Shown: piece by piece, positions 53,729-62,649 of the stretch
Numbering within the stretch: the stretch's first letter is position 1
Layout of the letters: every line of letters begins with the position of its first letter
NCBI GenBank assembly: GCA_039932335.1
Contig: JBDTQH010000030.1
Coordinates: forward strand, 1,593 to 65,592
Origin: Chloroflexota bacterium
GTDB taxonomy: Bacteria; Chloroflexota; Chloroflexia; QHBQ01; JADMIH01
Length of the DNA: 64,000 nucleotides
Direction of reading: 5' to 3'
The notes under the pieces: generated by a model
Seen by the model: the letters and a program-made list of their open reading frames with translations, nothing else
The model's database searches: none
Told to the model about the DNA's origin: nothing
Made by a program: the position numbers and the translations under genes

Positions 53729-53927
53729 CTCAACTCCTCGTTTGGATCAGCACAGATAGATGTGCTTTGATATTCCTCTTAGGAACGTTTGGAGTGGCGG
53801 TTTTGTTTCGCAATGAGCGTGGCCCATGCGCCGTACTTACAGCTACGCCTACAAAAAGAGCCTCCCTGTGGAGGCATCTTCTCTATTCTTTGTGCAATGT
53901 AAGCGCGACCTGAACCGCCCAAGCCTG

Positions 53928-54923
53928 CTAAGGTTCGCGGCCGTTTTCCGATGGAGGGGCATCGCCTGGCTCAGCGATCTCGGCGTAGCGGCCCATGTGG
54001 CGGAACTTATCCCGGCGCGCCTCCAGCAACTGGCGAGCACCCTTCTTGGTCTTGAGGTTGAACCTGGCCTGCAAGTCCGCCAGGTGTCGGGATATGGCTT
54101 CGTGTACAGCGTCCATTGTCGCGCTGGGGTCGTTGTGCGCACCAATTTCTGCGGGTGTCTCGCCCTTTGGCTCCGGTATCACTTCGTCAATCACCCCGAA
54201 CTCCAGCAGGTCGGGTGCCGTTATGCGCATTGCCCTCGCCGCGTCGGAGGCCTGGGCTGCATCGCGCCAGAGTATAGCGGCTGCGGCCTCAGGCGTCGCG
54301 ACCGAATAAGTGGAGTTCTCCAGCATGAGGATGCGATCGCCTACGCCGATAGCGAGCGCGCCGCCACTGCCCCCTTCACCGATCACCACAGCAATAAAGG
54401 GCACCTCGATTTGAAGCATGACCAGTATATTCTGCGCGATTGCCTGCCCGATGCCTCGCTCTTCGCCCTGTACGCCCGGACTCGCGCCCGGTGTGTCTAT
54501 AAATGTGATGATCGGGAAGCCGAAGCGGGCGGCGTGCTTCATCAGGCGTTCCGCTTTGCGGTATCCTTCCGGCTGGGGCATACCAAAGTTGCGGGTTATG
54601 TTCTCTTTAGTTGAGCGCCCCTTCTGCTGGCCAATAATCATTACCGTCTGGCCATCGAAAGTGGCAGGCCCGCCTATAATCGCCGCGTCATCACCAAAGA
54701 GACGATCGCCATGTAGCTCCACGAAATCGGTGCAGAGGCGTTGTATATAGTCGAGGGTATGCGGGCGGTCGGGGTGGCGGGCCACCTTCACGCGGTCCCA
54801 GGCAGGCAAGCCCTCATCGGGGCGCTGCTCGACTACACTCTCCGTCTTGTGACTGATCCCCGACGGAATCATGTCGCGATACGAGCCAATTGGGGTTTTG
54901 TTGTTGGTTTGGTGTTCAGTCAT
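53928..54923 (-). CDS. accA: acetyl-CoA carboxylase carboxyltransferase subunit alpha
   Basis: 331 aa. [25 protein letters not shown] and [10 protein letters not shown] motifs. Confidence 0.9.
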   Translation of the reverse strand: MTEHQTNNKTPIGSYRDMIPSGISHKTESVVEQRPDEGLPAWDRVKVARHPDRPHTLDYIQRLCTDFVELHGDRLFGDDAAIIGGPATFDGQTVMIIGQQKGRSTKENITRNFGMPQPEGYRKAERLMKHAARFGFPIITFIDTPGASPGVQGEERGIGQAIAQNILVMLQIEVPFIAVVIGEGGSGGALAIGVGDRILMLENSTYSVATPEAAAAILWRDAAQASDAARAMRITAPDLLEFGVIDEVIPEPKGETPAEIGAHNDPSATMDAVHEAISRHLADLQARFNLKTKKGARQLLEARRDKFRHMGRYAEIAEPGDAPPSENGREP

Positions 54924-55002
54924 TGCTGCTTACCGGTAATTGTGTACCCTTGCCTGTAGCTCTGCTATCGGCCTGTTGTTCGTGGAGCTTTCGCCGACTT
55001 CA

Positions 55003-55884
55003 TCAACCCCTGTAGAGCTTGAGTAGCTTGCTTATGGTAGAGCGTAGCTCTCTGCGCGGGGTGACGATATCCAGCATACCGTGTTTCATCTGGAACTCGG
55101 CGGTCTGAAAATCAGGGGGCAATTTTTGCTTGATGGTCTGCTGAATTACACGCGGCCCCGCGAAGCCGATCAGCGCGCCTGGCTCTGCTATTACTACATC
55201 AGCCGACGAGGCGTAGGATGCCGTCACGCCGCCTGTGCAGGGATCGGCCAGCAGGGAGATATGCGGCAGTCGGGCCTCTGCAAGCTCCGCGAGCACAGCG
55301 GTAGTCTTCGCCATCTGCATGAGGGAGTAGATACCTTCCTGCATGCGTGCCCCACCCGAAGAAGAGACGGACACAAGCCCTACCTTATTATGCGCGGCCA
55401 ACTCGGCGGCGCGGGTTAGCTTCTCGCCGTAAACAGATCCCATACTGCCGCCAAAGAAGCGGAAGTCGGTAACAGCGAGAACAACCGGTGTCTCTTCAAT
55501 GCTCGCTGTGCCGTAGATAATAGCGTCGTTGAGGCCCGTCTTGGCTCGCGTGTCCTCGAGTTTCGCGCCGTAGCGCTGGCCCAGCGACTCGAACCCGATC
55601 GGATCGAGAGGGAGAATACCGCGGCCTTCTTCCTGAAAAGTATCTTCGTCCGCGAGATAGGCAATACGCTCAGAAGAGAGCAGTCGGAAATGGTAGCTGC
55701 ACTTCTGGCAGACCTTGAGATTGTTCTCAAGCTCGCGATTATATAGGAGTTCGTTGCATTTGGGGCATTTGGTCCAGATATCCTCGGAGAAATCACGGTC
55801 CGATTTCTGACCACGAGTGTCTTGCCGCTGCTCTTTATCCTGCCCTATGGAGAAGTAGCGCGGACGGCGCAAAATATCTCTCAA
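55003..55884 (-). CDS. accD: acetyl-CoA carboxylase carboxyltransferase subunit beta
   Basis: 293 aa. Zinc ribbon CPKCNELLY...CQKCSYH, then FFGGSMGSV and SGGARMQEG. Confidence 0.9.
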   Translation of the reverse strand: MRDILRRPRYFSIGQDKEQRQDTRGQKSDRDFSEDIWTKCPKCNELLYNRELENNLKVCQKCSYHFRLLSSERIAYLADEDTFQEEGRGILPLDPIGFESLGQRYGAKLEDTRAKTGLNDAIIYGTASIEETPVVLAVTDFRFFGGSMGSVYGEKLTRAAELAAHNKVGLVSVSSSGGARMQEGIYSLMQMAKTTAVLAELAEARLPHISLLADPCTGGVTASYASSADVVIAEPGALIGFAGPRVIQQTIKQKLPPDFQTAEFQMKHGMLDIVTPRRELRSTISKLLKLYRG

Positions 55885-55986
55885 CCCGGCTCCCTGCTCC
55901 TGATAGATTATCTCTTCATACCGGCGGCAGAAGAGACTCGTCTATTATACCACAGCGTTCAAGAAGAGTATCGCCCGAAAAGCGAA

Positions 55987-56014
55987 ATAGCGCCCATCAG
56001 GGCGCTATCTTTTT
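55987..56014. terminator. orphan hairpin with flanking T-tracts in a gene-free gap
   Basis: ATAGCGCCC(55987-95)/GGGCGCTAT(56000-08), then CTTTTTGTCC on the plus strand and TTCGCTTTTCGGG on the minus strand. Confidence 0.4.
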
Positions 56015-56329
56015 GTCCGACGGCGGCATTCTAGAGCCTGTTATGAACATCGGATAGTAACTACAGATGCGAAAAAGGGTGGAGCTGGACCTGGCCTCCC
56101 TGAATTGCACTAGCCCGGCTCGCTTCCTGACCATCACTTCATGGCAATTCAGGACAGCCATAATTCGAGGCAATTATCCAGTTGGATTACTTGGCATGAT
56201 TCTTACACCTATATACACCTCGCTTTTCACTTAGGGACTGTAAAGTGCAAACAGGAGGACTCCGCTCTGCGGATCCCCTTACAGACTTGCATGGACAGCG
56301 GAATTGACAATTGAAAGAGGAGGTTGGAC

Positions 56330-57124
56330 ATGGCAGCCTCAACTGCAGAACGATTGTCGGGCGAGGTTTTGCGAGAAGGTGCTGATTTAAATGCCGACCC
56401 ATCATGGAGAAATCTGTACCGTATAGGGGTAGTCTCAGCAGGACTCTCCGTTCTCCTGATCATTGTACCAATCGTGCTCGTATTCACAGTGCCTCAGCCC
56501 CCGTTCGCCGGTGGCGCTGAGGTTCTCAGGTACATTGCCTCAAATAAGCCGGTATATCTGATCGAATTCGTGTCGTTCGTGGGGCTCGGTTTGCCGGCCC
56601 TGGTTGTCTTCCTCGCCCTCTACGCAGCTCTCAAGCATTTGGACAAGAGCTTCACAGCGCTTGGTGCCATGATCGGTATCGCGTCGGAGATTATGGCCCT
56701 GGCTTACAACAGCAGCCCCCCATCGCTCAACGGCGGCCTGCTATACCTTAGCGATCAATACACTGCAGCCGCTACTGATGCTCAGCGTGCCTCGTTGGCA
56801 AGTGCGGCTGAGAGTCTTATGGCGGTGAGTAACACACCAGTGAATGCCATAGGGATTTTGACCGCACTCGGCATTCTGCTCATCTCCCTGCCCATGTTAA
56901 GAGGTGTCTTCTCAAGGGGCGTGGCATACCTGGGAATCGCGACGGGAGTAGTAGGTATAGTGTGTGAGCCTCTTCGAGACCTGATAGGTCCCGCATACTT
57001 TGTCTATGGTCTTCTCCTCCCGGCCTGGTTTATTGCTGTCGGCTGGAAACTCTACCGGCTGGGATCGAGTAGTCCACAGGTGAGCATAGTAGGGCGAACC
57101 GTGGCTGTAGCTGGACAGAGCTAA
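56330..57124 (+). CDS. hypothetical polytopic membrane protein
   Basis: GAGGAGG RBS upstream. I prefer ATG 56330 over the TTG at 56324. About six TM segments. Confidence 0.55.
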   Translation: MAASTAERLSGEVLREGADLNADPSWRNLYRIGVVSAGLSVLLIIVPIVLVFTVPQPPFAGGAEVLRYIASNKPVYLIEFVSFVGLGLPALVVFLALYAALKHLDKSFTALGAMIGIASEIMALAYNSSPPSLNGGLLYLSDQYTAAATDAQRASLASAAESLMAVSNTPVNAIGILTALGILLISLPMLRGVFSRGVAYLGIATGVVGIVCEPLRDLIGPAYFVYGLLLPAWFIAVGWKLYRLGSSSPQVSIVGRTVAVAGQS

Positions 57125-57152
57125 ACGCGGATAATGAAGTTCATAACACGCT

Positions 57153-57377
57153 CTAGTGGCCCGAACCGCCTCTGTTGCGGCCTGTGCCTGTGGTGTGCTC
57201 TTCTTCGTCATTATGCGTGCCGGTGATGTTGTACTCGTGGCTGCCGCTTGCGCGGTGCTCGCGTCGTCCGCCCCCGGCCTCTTTGTCCTTACCGCCCGCG
57301 TGTTCGCCATGCAATCCCTTGTCGGAGTGGCCCTGTCCCATGTCTTGTACGGGTTCTTTCTCGTGCTGATGTCCCAT
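57153..57377 (-). CDS. small His/Gly/Glu-rich hydrophilic protein
   Basis: 74 aa. AAAGGAG RBS 8 nt upstream of the ATG at 57377. Several shadow ORFs overlap it. Confidence 0.4.
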   Translation of the reverse strand: MGHQHEKEPVQDMGQGHSDKGLHGEHAGGKDKEAGGGRREHRASGSHEYNITGTHNDEEEHTTGTGRNRGGSGH

Positions 57378-57517
57378 AGTGACGTGCTCCTTTCATCGCT
57401 AGATACAAAGAAACCAAGCAAATGGCATGCCATTTAGCGCATCCACACCCCACACTCGCAAAGCAAAGGGACGCTAGAATCGCTCTACCGTCCCTTCGTG
57501 CCACAGCTGCTTGCTTG

Positions 57518-58903
57518 CTAAGATTCAGCGAGCTTGCGCATGAATAACGTGGATGCGTCTATACCTTTGAATACGTTGTCCAGCTTCATCTTTTCGTTGG
57601 GTGCGTGCAGGTTGTCGTCGGGGAGGCCGAAGCCCATGAGCACAGACGGCGCACCCAGCACCTTGCTAAAGAGCGATACAATCGGTATGGAGCCGCCTGA
57701 CCTCATCAGCACGGGGTCTTTGCCGAACACCTCCTTGAGGGCGGCCACGGCAGACGTCATATATGGCGTATCAGTGGGCAGAAGCACAGGCTCGGCGTAG
57801 TGGATCAATGTCACGTCTACAGTGGCGTAGGAGGGGCAAACGCTCTCAACGTATGCCTTGAACGACTGCCAGATTGTATCCGGGTCCTGGTCGGGGACGA
57901 GCCTCATGCTTATCTTGCATTTGGCGATAGCCGGTATAACAGTCTTCGCACCCTCGCCCGTAAAGCCCCCGATAATGCCGTTCGCATCGAGGGTAGGACG
58001 TGCCCACACTCGCTCCAGGGCAGAATAACCCGGCTCGCCCATCAGCTCCTTAGCGCCGATTTCGTGCTCACGCATGACATCTTCATCGAAGGGCAAGCTG
58101 CCCCACTGGGATCGCTCCTGCTCTGTGAGCGGGCGCACACTATCGTAGAAGCCGGGCACCTGGATTACTCCCTGCTCGTCCTTCAGCTTTGCGACAATAT
58201 GACAGAGAATATTGATAGCGTTTGGAGCCACGCCGCCATACATGCCCGAGTGAAGATCGTGGGCAGCGCCGCGTACCGTTAGCTCAGTGTAGACCATACC
58301 GCGCAGACCGACATCCAGGGCGGGCAGGCCGTCGGTGAACATGCTGTTGTCGCTGATGAGAACGGCGTCACACGTCAGCAATTCAGGGTGTTCGTTCACA
58401 TAGTGCTCGATGCCCTCGCCGCCTACTTCCTCTTCGCCCTCGATCAGGAAGCGCACATTGACCGGGAGCTTACCGCCGCTTTCCTTCATGAGCCGCTCGA
58501 TAGCCTTCATATGGATGTATAGCTGGCCTTTGTCGTCGGCGGAGCCGCGCGCATACAGGTTGCCATTGCGCAGAGACGGCTCGAACGGAGGCGTATCCCA
58601 TTCGTTCAGCGGGTCGGGAGGCTGCACATCATAGTGGCCGTATATAAGTATGGTCGGCTGGCCTTCCGCGTGCAGCCAATCGCCGTAAACAAGAGGGTGG
58701 CCCAGCGGCCCGTGCGTCTCAACGAGGCGCACATTCTCTATGCCGGAGCGGCGCAAATCGTCGGCGACCCACTCGGCAGCCCTCCGCACATCGCCTTTAT
58801 TCTGCGAAAGCGTGCTAATAGAAGGAATCCGTAGGAATTCGCTTAGCTCGTCCAGGTATCGCTGCCGGTCAGCGCCAGGCCCGGTATCTTCGGTAGTGCT
58901 CAT
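57518..58903 (-). CDS. M20-family dipeptidase/deacylase
   Basis: I prefer ATG 58903 (GAGG RBS). Motifs HYDVQPPD, RGSADDKG and EGEEEVGG. Confidence 0.85.
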   Translation of the reverse strand: MSTTEDTGPGADRQRYLDELSEFLRIPSISTLSQNKGDVRRAAEWVADDLRRSGIENVRLVETHGPLGHPLVYGDWLHAEGQPTILIYGHYDVQPPDPLNEWDTPPFEPSLRNGNLYARGSADDKGQLYIHMKAIERLMKESGGKLPVNVRFLIEGEEEVGGEGIEHYVNEHPELLTCDAVLISDNSMFTDGLPALDVGLRGMVYTELTVRGAAHDLHSGMYGGVAPNAINILCHIVAKLKDEQGVIQVPGFYDSVRPLTEQERSQWGSLPFDEDVMREHEIGAKELMGEPGYSALERVWARPTLDANGIIGGFTGEGAKTVIPAIAKCKISMRLVPDQDPDTIWQSFKAYVESVCPSYATVDVTLIHYAEPVLLPTDTPYMTSAVAALKEVFGKDPVLMRSGGSIPIVSLFSKVLGAPSVLMGFGLPDDNLHAPNEKMKLDNVFKGIDASTLFMRKLAES

Positions 58904-58981
58904 GTAGAACCTCACTGTTCAAAGGGTATAGGATATTGTACGTCCCTGCCGATTGGTTGGCAACCGGGCGGCGAGTATCGC

Positions 58982-59065
58982 GTTGTCAGTTGTCAGTTGT
59001 CAGTTGTCAGTTGTCAGTTGACGGCGGTCGGCGGTCGGCGGTCGGCGGTCATACGCAGTACGAAC
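58982..59065. repeat. composite heptamer-array element, copy K
   Basis: 12 in-phase 7-mers: GTTGTCA x5, GTTGACG, GCGGTCG x3, GCGGTCA, TACGCAG, TACGAAC. Confidence 0.9.
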
Positions 59066-59069
59066 CACC

Positions 59070-59408
59070 TCACTGCTTCCAGGCGTATAGCAGCACATGG
59101 TTGATAACAAGCACCACCGCGAAGACGAGCGCAAGCAAAGGCTGTCCGGCGGCTGCAAGGGCGGCTGCGGCGGCGCCAAAGAAGACCACTACAAAGAGCA
59201 AATGGAGCGGTTCCTTCAGGGGCACTGCAGCCCTGGGCGATGCGAATACGCCCCACAAGACCGCCGCCGCCAAGGGCGCACCTACCGCCAGGACGCTTTT
59301 TATAACCGTCCCGTCACCCGTCTGCCAGCCCCAGTAAGCAAGTCCGGCTAGCGCACACAACTCCAGAAGGAAACTCAGCGCCAGATTAGCGCTCTTCGCT
59401 GCCTCCAT
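59070..59408 (-). CDS. small membrane protein (DUF2568/YrdB-like)
   Basis: 112 aa counted from ATG 59408 (GAGGAG RBS). Four TM segments, and the LELCALAGLAYWGW pattern. Confidence 0.6.
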   Translation of the reverse strand: MEAAKSANLALSFLLELCALAGLAYWGWQTGDGTVIKSVLAVGAPLAAAVLWGVFASPRAAVPLKEPLHLLFVVVFFGAAAAALAAAGQPLLALVFAVVLVINHVLLYAWKQ

Positions 59409-59551
59409 ATAGATGGCCACTCCTCTAAAACATAATTCCACTGATTCTAGCACGTTTGAGTCAACCACGCGTGGTTGGCAGTGCGCTCCCTGTTCGGGTT
59501 TTGAGGGTGTCTCCATACCACTAGTCAAAACATCTGCACACTCTCTGCCTG

Positions 59552-59580
59552 TTGTGAAATACAGGCGCTAGTGCTAGAAT
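59552..59580 (+). promoter_or_regulatory. candidate promoter of the tyrosine-catabolism cluster
   Basis: TTGTGA (59552-57), 17-nt spacer, TAGAAT (59575-80). Confidence 0.45.
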
Positions 59581-59648
59581 AGCAATATCTATGGCTGACA
59601 TTTTACGCGCACCGACGCGCAGACTTATTCCAGTGGAGGAGACATTAC

Positions 59649-60842
59649 ATGAAACCCGAAGAAACCTCTGAGATCGATACATCAACAGAGCACGATACAA
59701 TGGACAGCCCTTCAGATACATCAAGCAGCAGCCAGACATCTGCCGTGACCACCGAACAACACGATACTTTCCCGATCCAGGGTATAGACTACATTGAGTT
59801 CTATGTAGGCAACGCCAAGCAGGCTGCTCACTTCTACCGCACCGCGATGGGCTTCAACATCACCGCCTACTGCGGGCCTGAGACCAAAGTGCGTGACCGC
59901 GCCTCATATGTGGTTGAGCAGGCGAAAATACGCCTTGTGCTGACCGCACCCATGTATGCCACCGGAGAGATCGCTGAGCATGTGTTCAAGCATGGCGACG
60001 GCGTAAAAGACATCGCCCTGCGCGTGCCTGATGTGGACTACGCTTACCACACAGCCGTCGAGCGCGGAGCCACAGGCATAACCAAGCCTCATACAGTTGA
60101 AGGCGAGAAAGGCCACATCCGCAAGGCAGCCATCGCCGCCTGTGGCGACACCATTCACACCTTCATCAATCGCGACGATTACGCTGGAACCTTCGCCCCC
60201 GGCTACCACAAGCGCGACATCCCCGGCATTCCCACCGGCGTCAAAGCTGTAGACCACATTGTGCTGAACGTCGAGCTTGGGAAGATGGACTACTGGGTGG
60301 AATATTATGCCCGCATCATGGGCTTCAGCCAGCTTCTCTCCTTCGACGACAAAGACATCTCCACCGAATACTCCGCGCTGATGTCCAAAGTGATGCAGGA
60401 CGGCACCGGGCGGGTCAAGTTCCCCATCAACGAACCTGCTGAGGGCAAGAAGAAGTCGCAGATCGATGAATACCTCGAGTTCTACGGTGGCCCAGGCGCA
60501 CAGCACGTAGCCTTGATTACAGGCGATGTGCTTGGCACGGTTACCAATCTTAAGAACAACGGCATGGAGTTCCTGCGCGTGCCCCACTCCTATTATGAGG
60601 ACGCTCCTGAGCGCGTTGGCGATATCAAGGAAGACCTCAAACGGCTTGAAGAGTTGGGCGTACTGATTGATCGCGACGACGAGGGTTATCTACTCCAGAT
60701 ATTCAGCAAGCCCGTGCAAGACCGCCCCACCCTCTTCTACGAAATCATCGAGCGTCACGGCAGCCGAGGCTTCGGCAAAGGTAACTTCCGTGCACTCTTC
60801 GAGGCCATCGAGCGAGAGCAGGAGCTACGGGGTAATCTGTAA
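59649..60842 (+). CDS. hppD: 4-hydroxyphenylpyruvate dioxygenase
   Basis: 397 aa, GGAGGAG RBS. Two VOC modules, with HIALRV-like, DHIVLNV, FYEIIER and GFGKGNFRALFEAIE motifs. Confidence 0.9.
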   Translation: MKPEETSEIDTSTEHDTMDSPSDTSSSSQTSAVTTEQHDTFPIQGIDYIEFYVGNAKQAAHFYRTAMGFNITAYCGPETKVRDRASYVVEQAKIRLVLTAPMYATGEIAEHVFKHGDGVKDIALRVPDVDYAYHTAVERGATGITKPHTVEGEKGHIRKAAIAACGDTIHTFINRDDYAGTFAPGYHKRDIPGIPTGVKAVDHIVLNVELGKMDYWVEYYARIMGFSQLLSFDDKDISTEYSALMSKVMQDGTGRVKFPINEPAEGKKKSQIDEYLEFYGGPGAQHVALITGDVLGTVTNLKNNGMEFLRVPHSYYEDAPERVGDIKEDLKRLEELGVLIDRDDEGYLLQIFSKPVQDRPTLFYEIIERHGSRGFGKGNFRALFEAIEREQELRGNL

Positions 60843-60848
60843 GCGGGA

Positions 60849-60932
60849 GTTGTCAGTTGTCAGTTATGGTGGTCTGCGGTCTGCCGTCGGCGGTCGTCAA
60901 CTGACAACTGACAACTGACAACTGACAACGAG
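60849..60932. repeat. composite heptamer-array element, copy L (hairpin form)
   Basis: 12 in-phase 7-mers: GTTGTCA x2, GTTATGG, the TGGTCTG/CGGTCTG/CCGTCGG/CGGTCGT core, CAACTGA x4, CAACGAG. The two ends are complementary to each other. Confidence 0.9.
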
Positions 60933-60940
60933 CAACACCC

Positions 60941-61969
60941 ATGAAGCTAGTCACCTTTTCACACCTACACAGAACGGCACCTGACCGCGTCGAGGGCCGA
61001 GACACCCACGTTGGGGTCTATCTGCTTGGGGACATGCCGCGTGTGCTCAACCTTGAGGCCGCACACGAATGGCTCAACAAGAAGCGCGGCGGCACTTCCT
61101 CAGAGCACCCGCCCATGACCATGCTGGAACTGCTGGATGGTGGGCCTGCTGCTATGGAGCGCGTCAGCAACCTGGCGATGGCCGTGTGTGAGGACGAGGA
61201 AGGCTTGTGGGAATGCTCGCAAAGTATTGACGACGTGCATTTGCTCGCGCCTGTGCCTTTCCCGCGCACCATACGTGACTTCTACGCCTTTGAGCAGCAT
61301 GTCAAAACAGCCCGTGCCTTGCGCGGCCTGGAGATGATACCCGAGTGGTACGACCATCCTGTCTTCTACTACTCAAATCCCGGTTGCGTGTACGGCCCTG
61401 ACGAGGACGTACCGTTTCCACGAGGCTCTAAAGAGGTTGACTATGAACTTGAAATCGCCTGCGTTATAGGCAAGCCTGGCCGCGACATCTCTGCTGACGA
61501 GGCTAACGACTACATAGCAGGCTATCTCATTCTCAACGACTGGAGCGCGCGAGACATCTGGCGCAACTTCGAGTCGAAACTGAGCATGGGCCCCGCCAAA
61601 AGCAAAGACTTCGCCAATTCGCTCGGGCCCTGGCTTGTCACGCCTGACGAACTGGAAGAGCGCCGCGAAGGCACCGGAGCCGAAACACGCTACAACCTCG
61701 GCATGTCGGCCCGGATAAACGGCAAAGAGCTATCCAGCGGCAACGCCAACACTCTCACCCACACTTTCGCATCCATGATCGAGTGGGCCTCTACCGATGT
61801 ATGGCTCCGCCCCGGCGATGTCCTCGGCTCCGGCACAGTGGGCACAGGTTGTATATTGGAGTTGCGCCCCGAGAACACAGGCGGCTGGCTCAAGCCCGAT
61901 GATGTGGTCGAGTTGGAGATTGAGAAGCTGGGAGTGTTACGGAACAGGCTGGTAAGGCACACAACGTAG
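60941..61969 (+). CDS. fumarylacetoacetate hydrolase-family protein
   Basis: 342 aa. FAH-domain pattern (DYELEIACVIGKPG, LNDWSARD, GDVLGSGT). The context between hppD and hmgA supports the call. Confidence 0.85.
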   Translation: MKLVTFSHLHRTAPDRVEGRDTHVGVYLLGDMPRVLNLEAAHEWLNKKRGGTSSEHPPMTMLELLDGGPAAMERVSNLAMAVCEDEEGLWECSQSIDDVHLLAPVPFPRTIRDFYAFEQHVKTARALRGLEMIPEWYDHPVFYYSNPGCVYGPDEDVPFPRGSKEVDYELEIACVIGKPGRDISADEANDYIAGYLILNDWSARDIWRNFESKLSMGPAKSKDFANSLGPWLVTPDELEERREGTGAETRYNLGMSARINGKELSSGNANTLTHTFASMIEWASTDVWLRPGDVLGSGTVGTGCILELRPENTGGWLKPDDVVELEIEKLGVLRNRLVRHTT

Positions 61970-61981
61970 CGTGTAGCAGGC

Positions 61982-62044
61982 TTGAACCCGGACGCGGCAC
62001 GGATAAGCGATGATTTTGATGCGCCTCTACCTGATGAGTTTTGA
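61982..62044 (+). pseudogene. possible relic of an antitoxin C-terminus
   Basis: A short open frame encodes ...ARISDDFDAPLPDEF*. The DDFDAPL-type tail recalls the C-termini of small antitoxin/DUF2281-like proteins. There is no N-terminal part. Confidence 0.25.
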
Positions 62045-62144
62045 CTGTGAAAGGGATAGCTCTGTCTGAAACGCTGGTGAGCCTATACCTGGACGATAAA
62101 GTTGCAAGCGATGTAGTAATTACAAGAGCTTAGGAGGCTGACCT

Positions 62145-62363
62145 ATGACAGAACTTCTGCAAGAAGCCTTTGAGGAAGCGTCGAAGCTACCCCAGGAAGA
62201 GCAGGACGCGATGGCCCAGTGGATACTGGCAGAGCTGGCCTCAGAGCGGAAATGGGATGAGGCTTTCGCTTCCTCTTCCGATATACTGGCGCAGTTAGCA
62301 GACGCAGCGTTGGAAGATTATGAGCAAGGTAGGACGACGCCAATAGAGCCGGACAAGTTGTGA
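62145..62363 (+). CDS. putative type II antitoxin
   Basis: 72 aa, acidic, AGGAGG RBS. It overlaps the downstream toxin-like gene by 4 nt (GTGA). Confidence 0.6.
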   Translation: MTELLQEAFEEASKLPQEEQDAMAQWILAELASERKWDEAFASSSDILAQLADAALEDYEQGRTTPIEPDKL

Positions 62364-62629
62364 AATCACACGCAAATCCACAGTTCTATAAAATGCTCCG
62401 CAAGTTACCACTTAGTGCGAGACAAGCGGCGCAAGAAGCATACAAACAGTTTGTGCAAGATCCGTATCACCCAAGTTTGCACTTCAAGCAAATACATTCT
62501 AATATGCCGATATACTCAGTTCGCATCAATATAGATTATCGGGCTGTAGGGATTCGTAAGGGAGATACCATCACCTGGTTTTGGATAGGCTCTCATTCTG
62601 ACTACGATAAGCTAATCTCTGGAAAATAG
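62360..62629 (+). CDS. RelE/ParE-superfamily toxin-like protein
   Basis: 89 aa, basic. YSVRINIDYRAVGIRKGDTITWFWIGSHSDYDKL is the typical RelE/ParE-like C-terminal pattern. Confidence 0.65.
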   Translation: MKSHANPQFYKMLRKLPLSARQAAQEAYKQFVQDPYHPSLHFKQIHSNMPIYSVRINIDYRAVGIRKGDTITWFWIGSHSDYDKLISGK

Positions 62630-62649
62630 ACCAAAAGGAGGAACCAACG

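Noticed and set aside
57156-57504. Multiple overlapping 64-93-aa ORFs on both strands around the small His/Gly-rich gene.
   Set aside because: Only the minus-strand frame 57153-57377 has a good RBS (AAAGGAG). The others are mutually overlapping and hydrophobic or Arg-rich. Even the retained call is low confidence.
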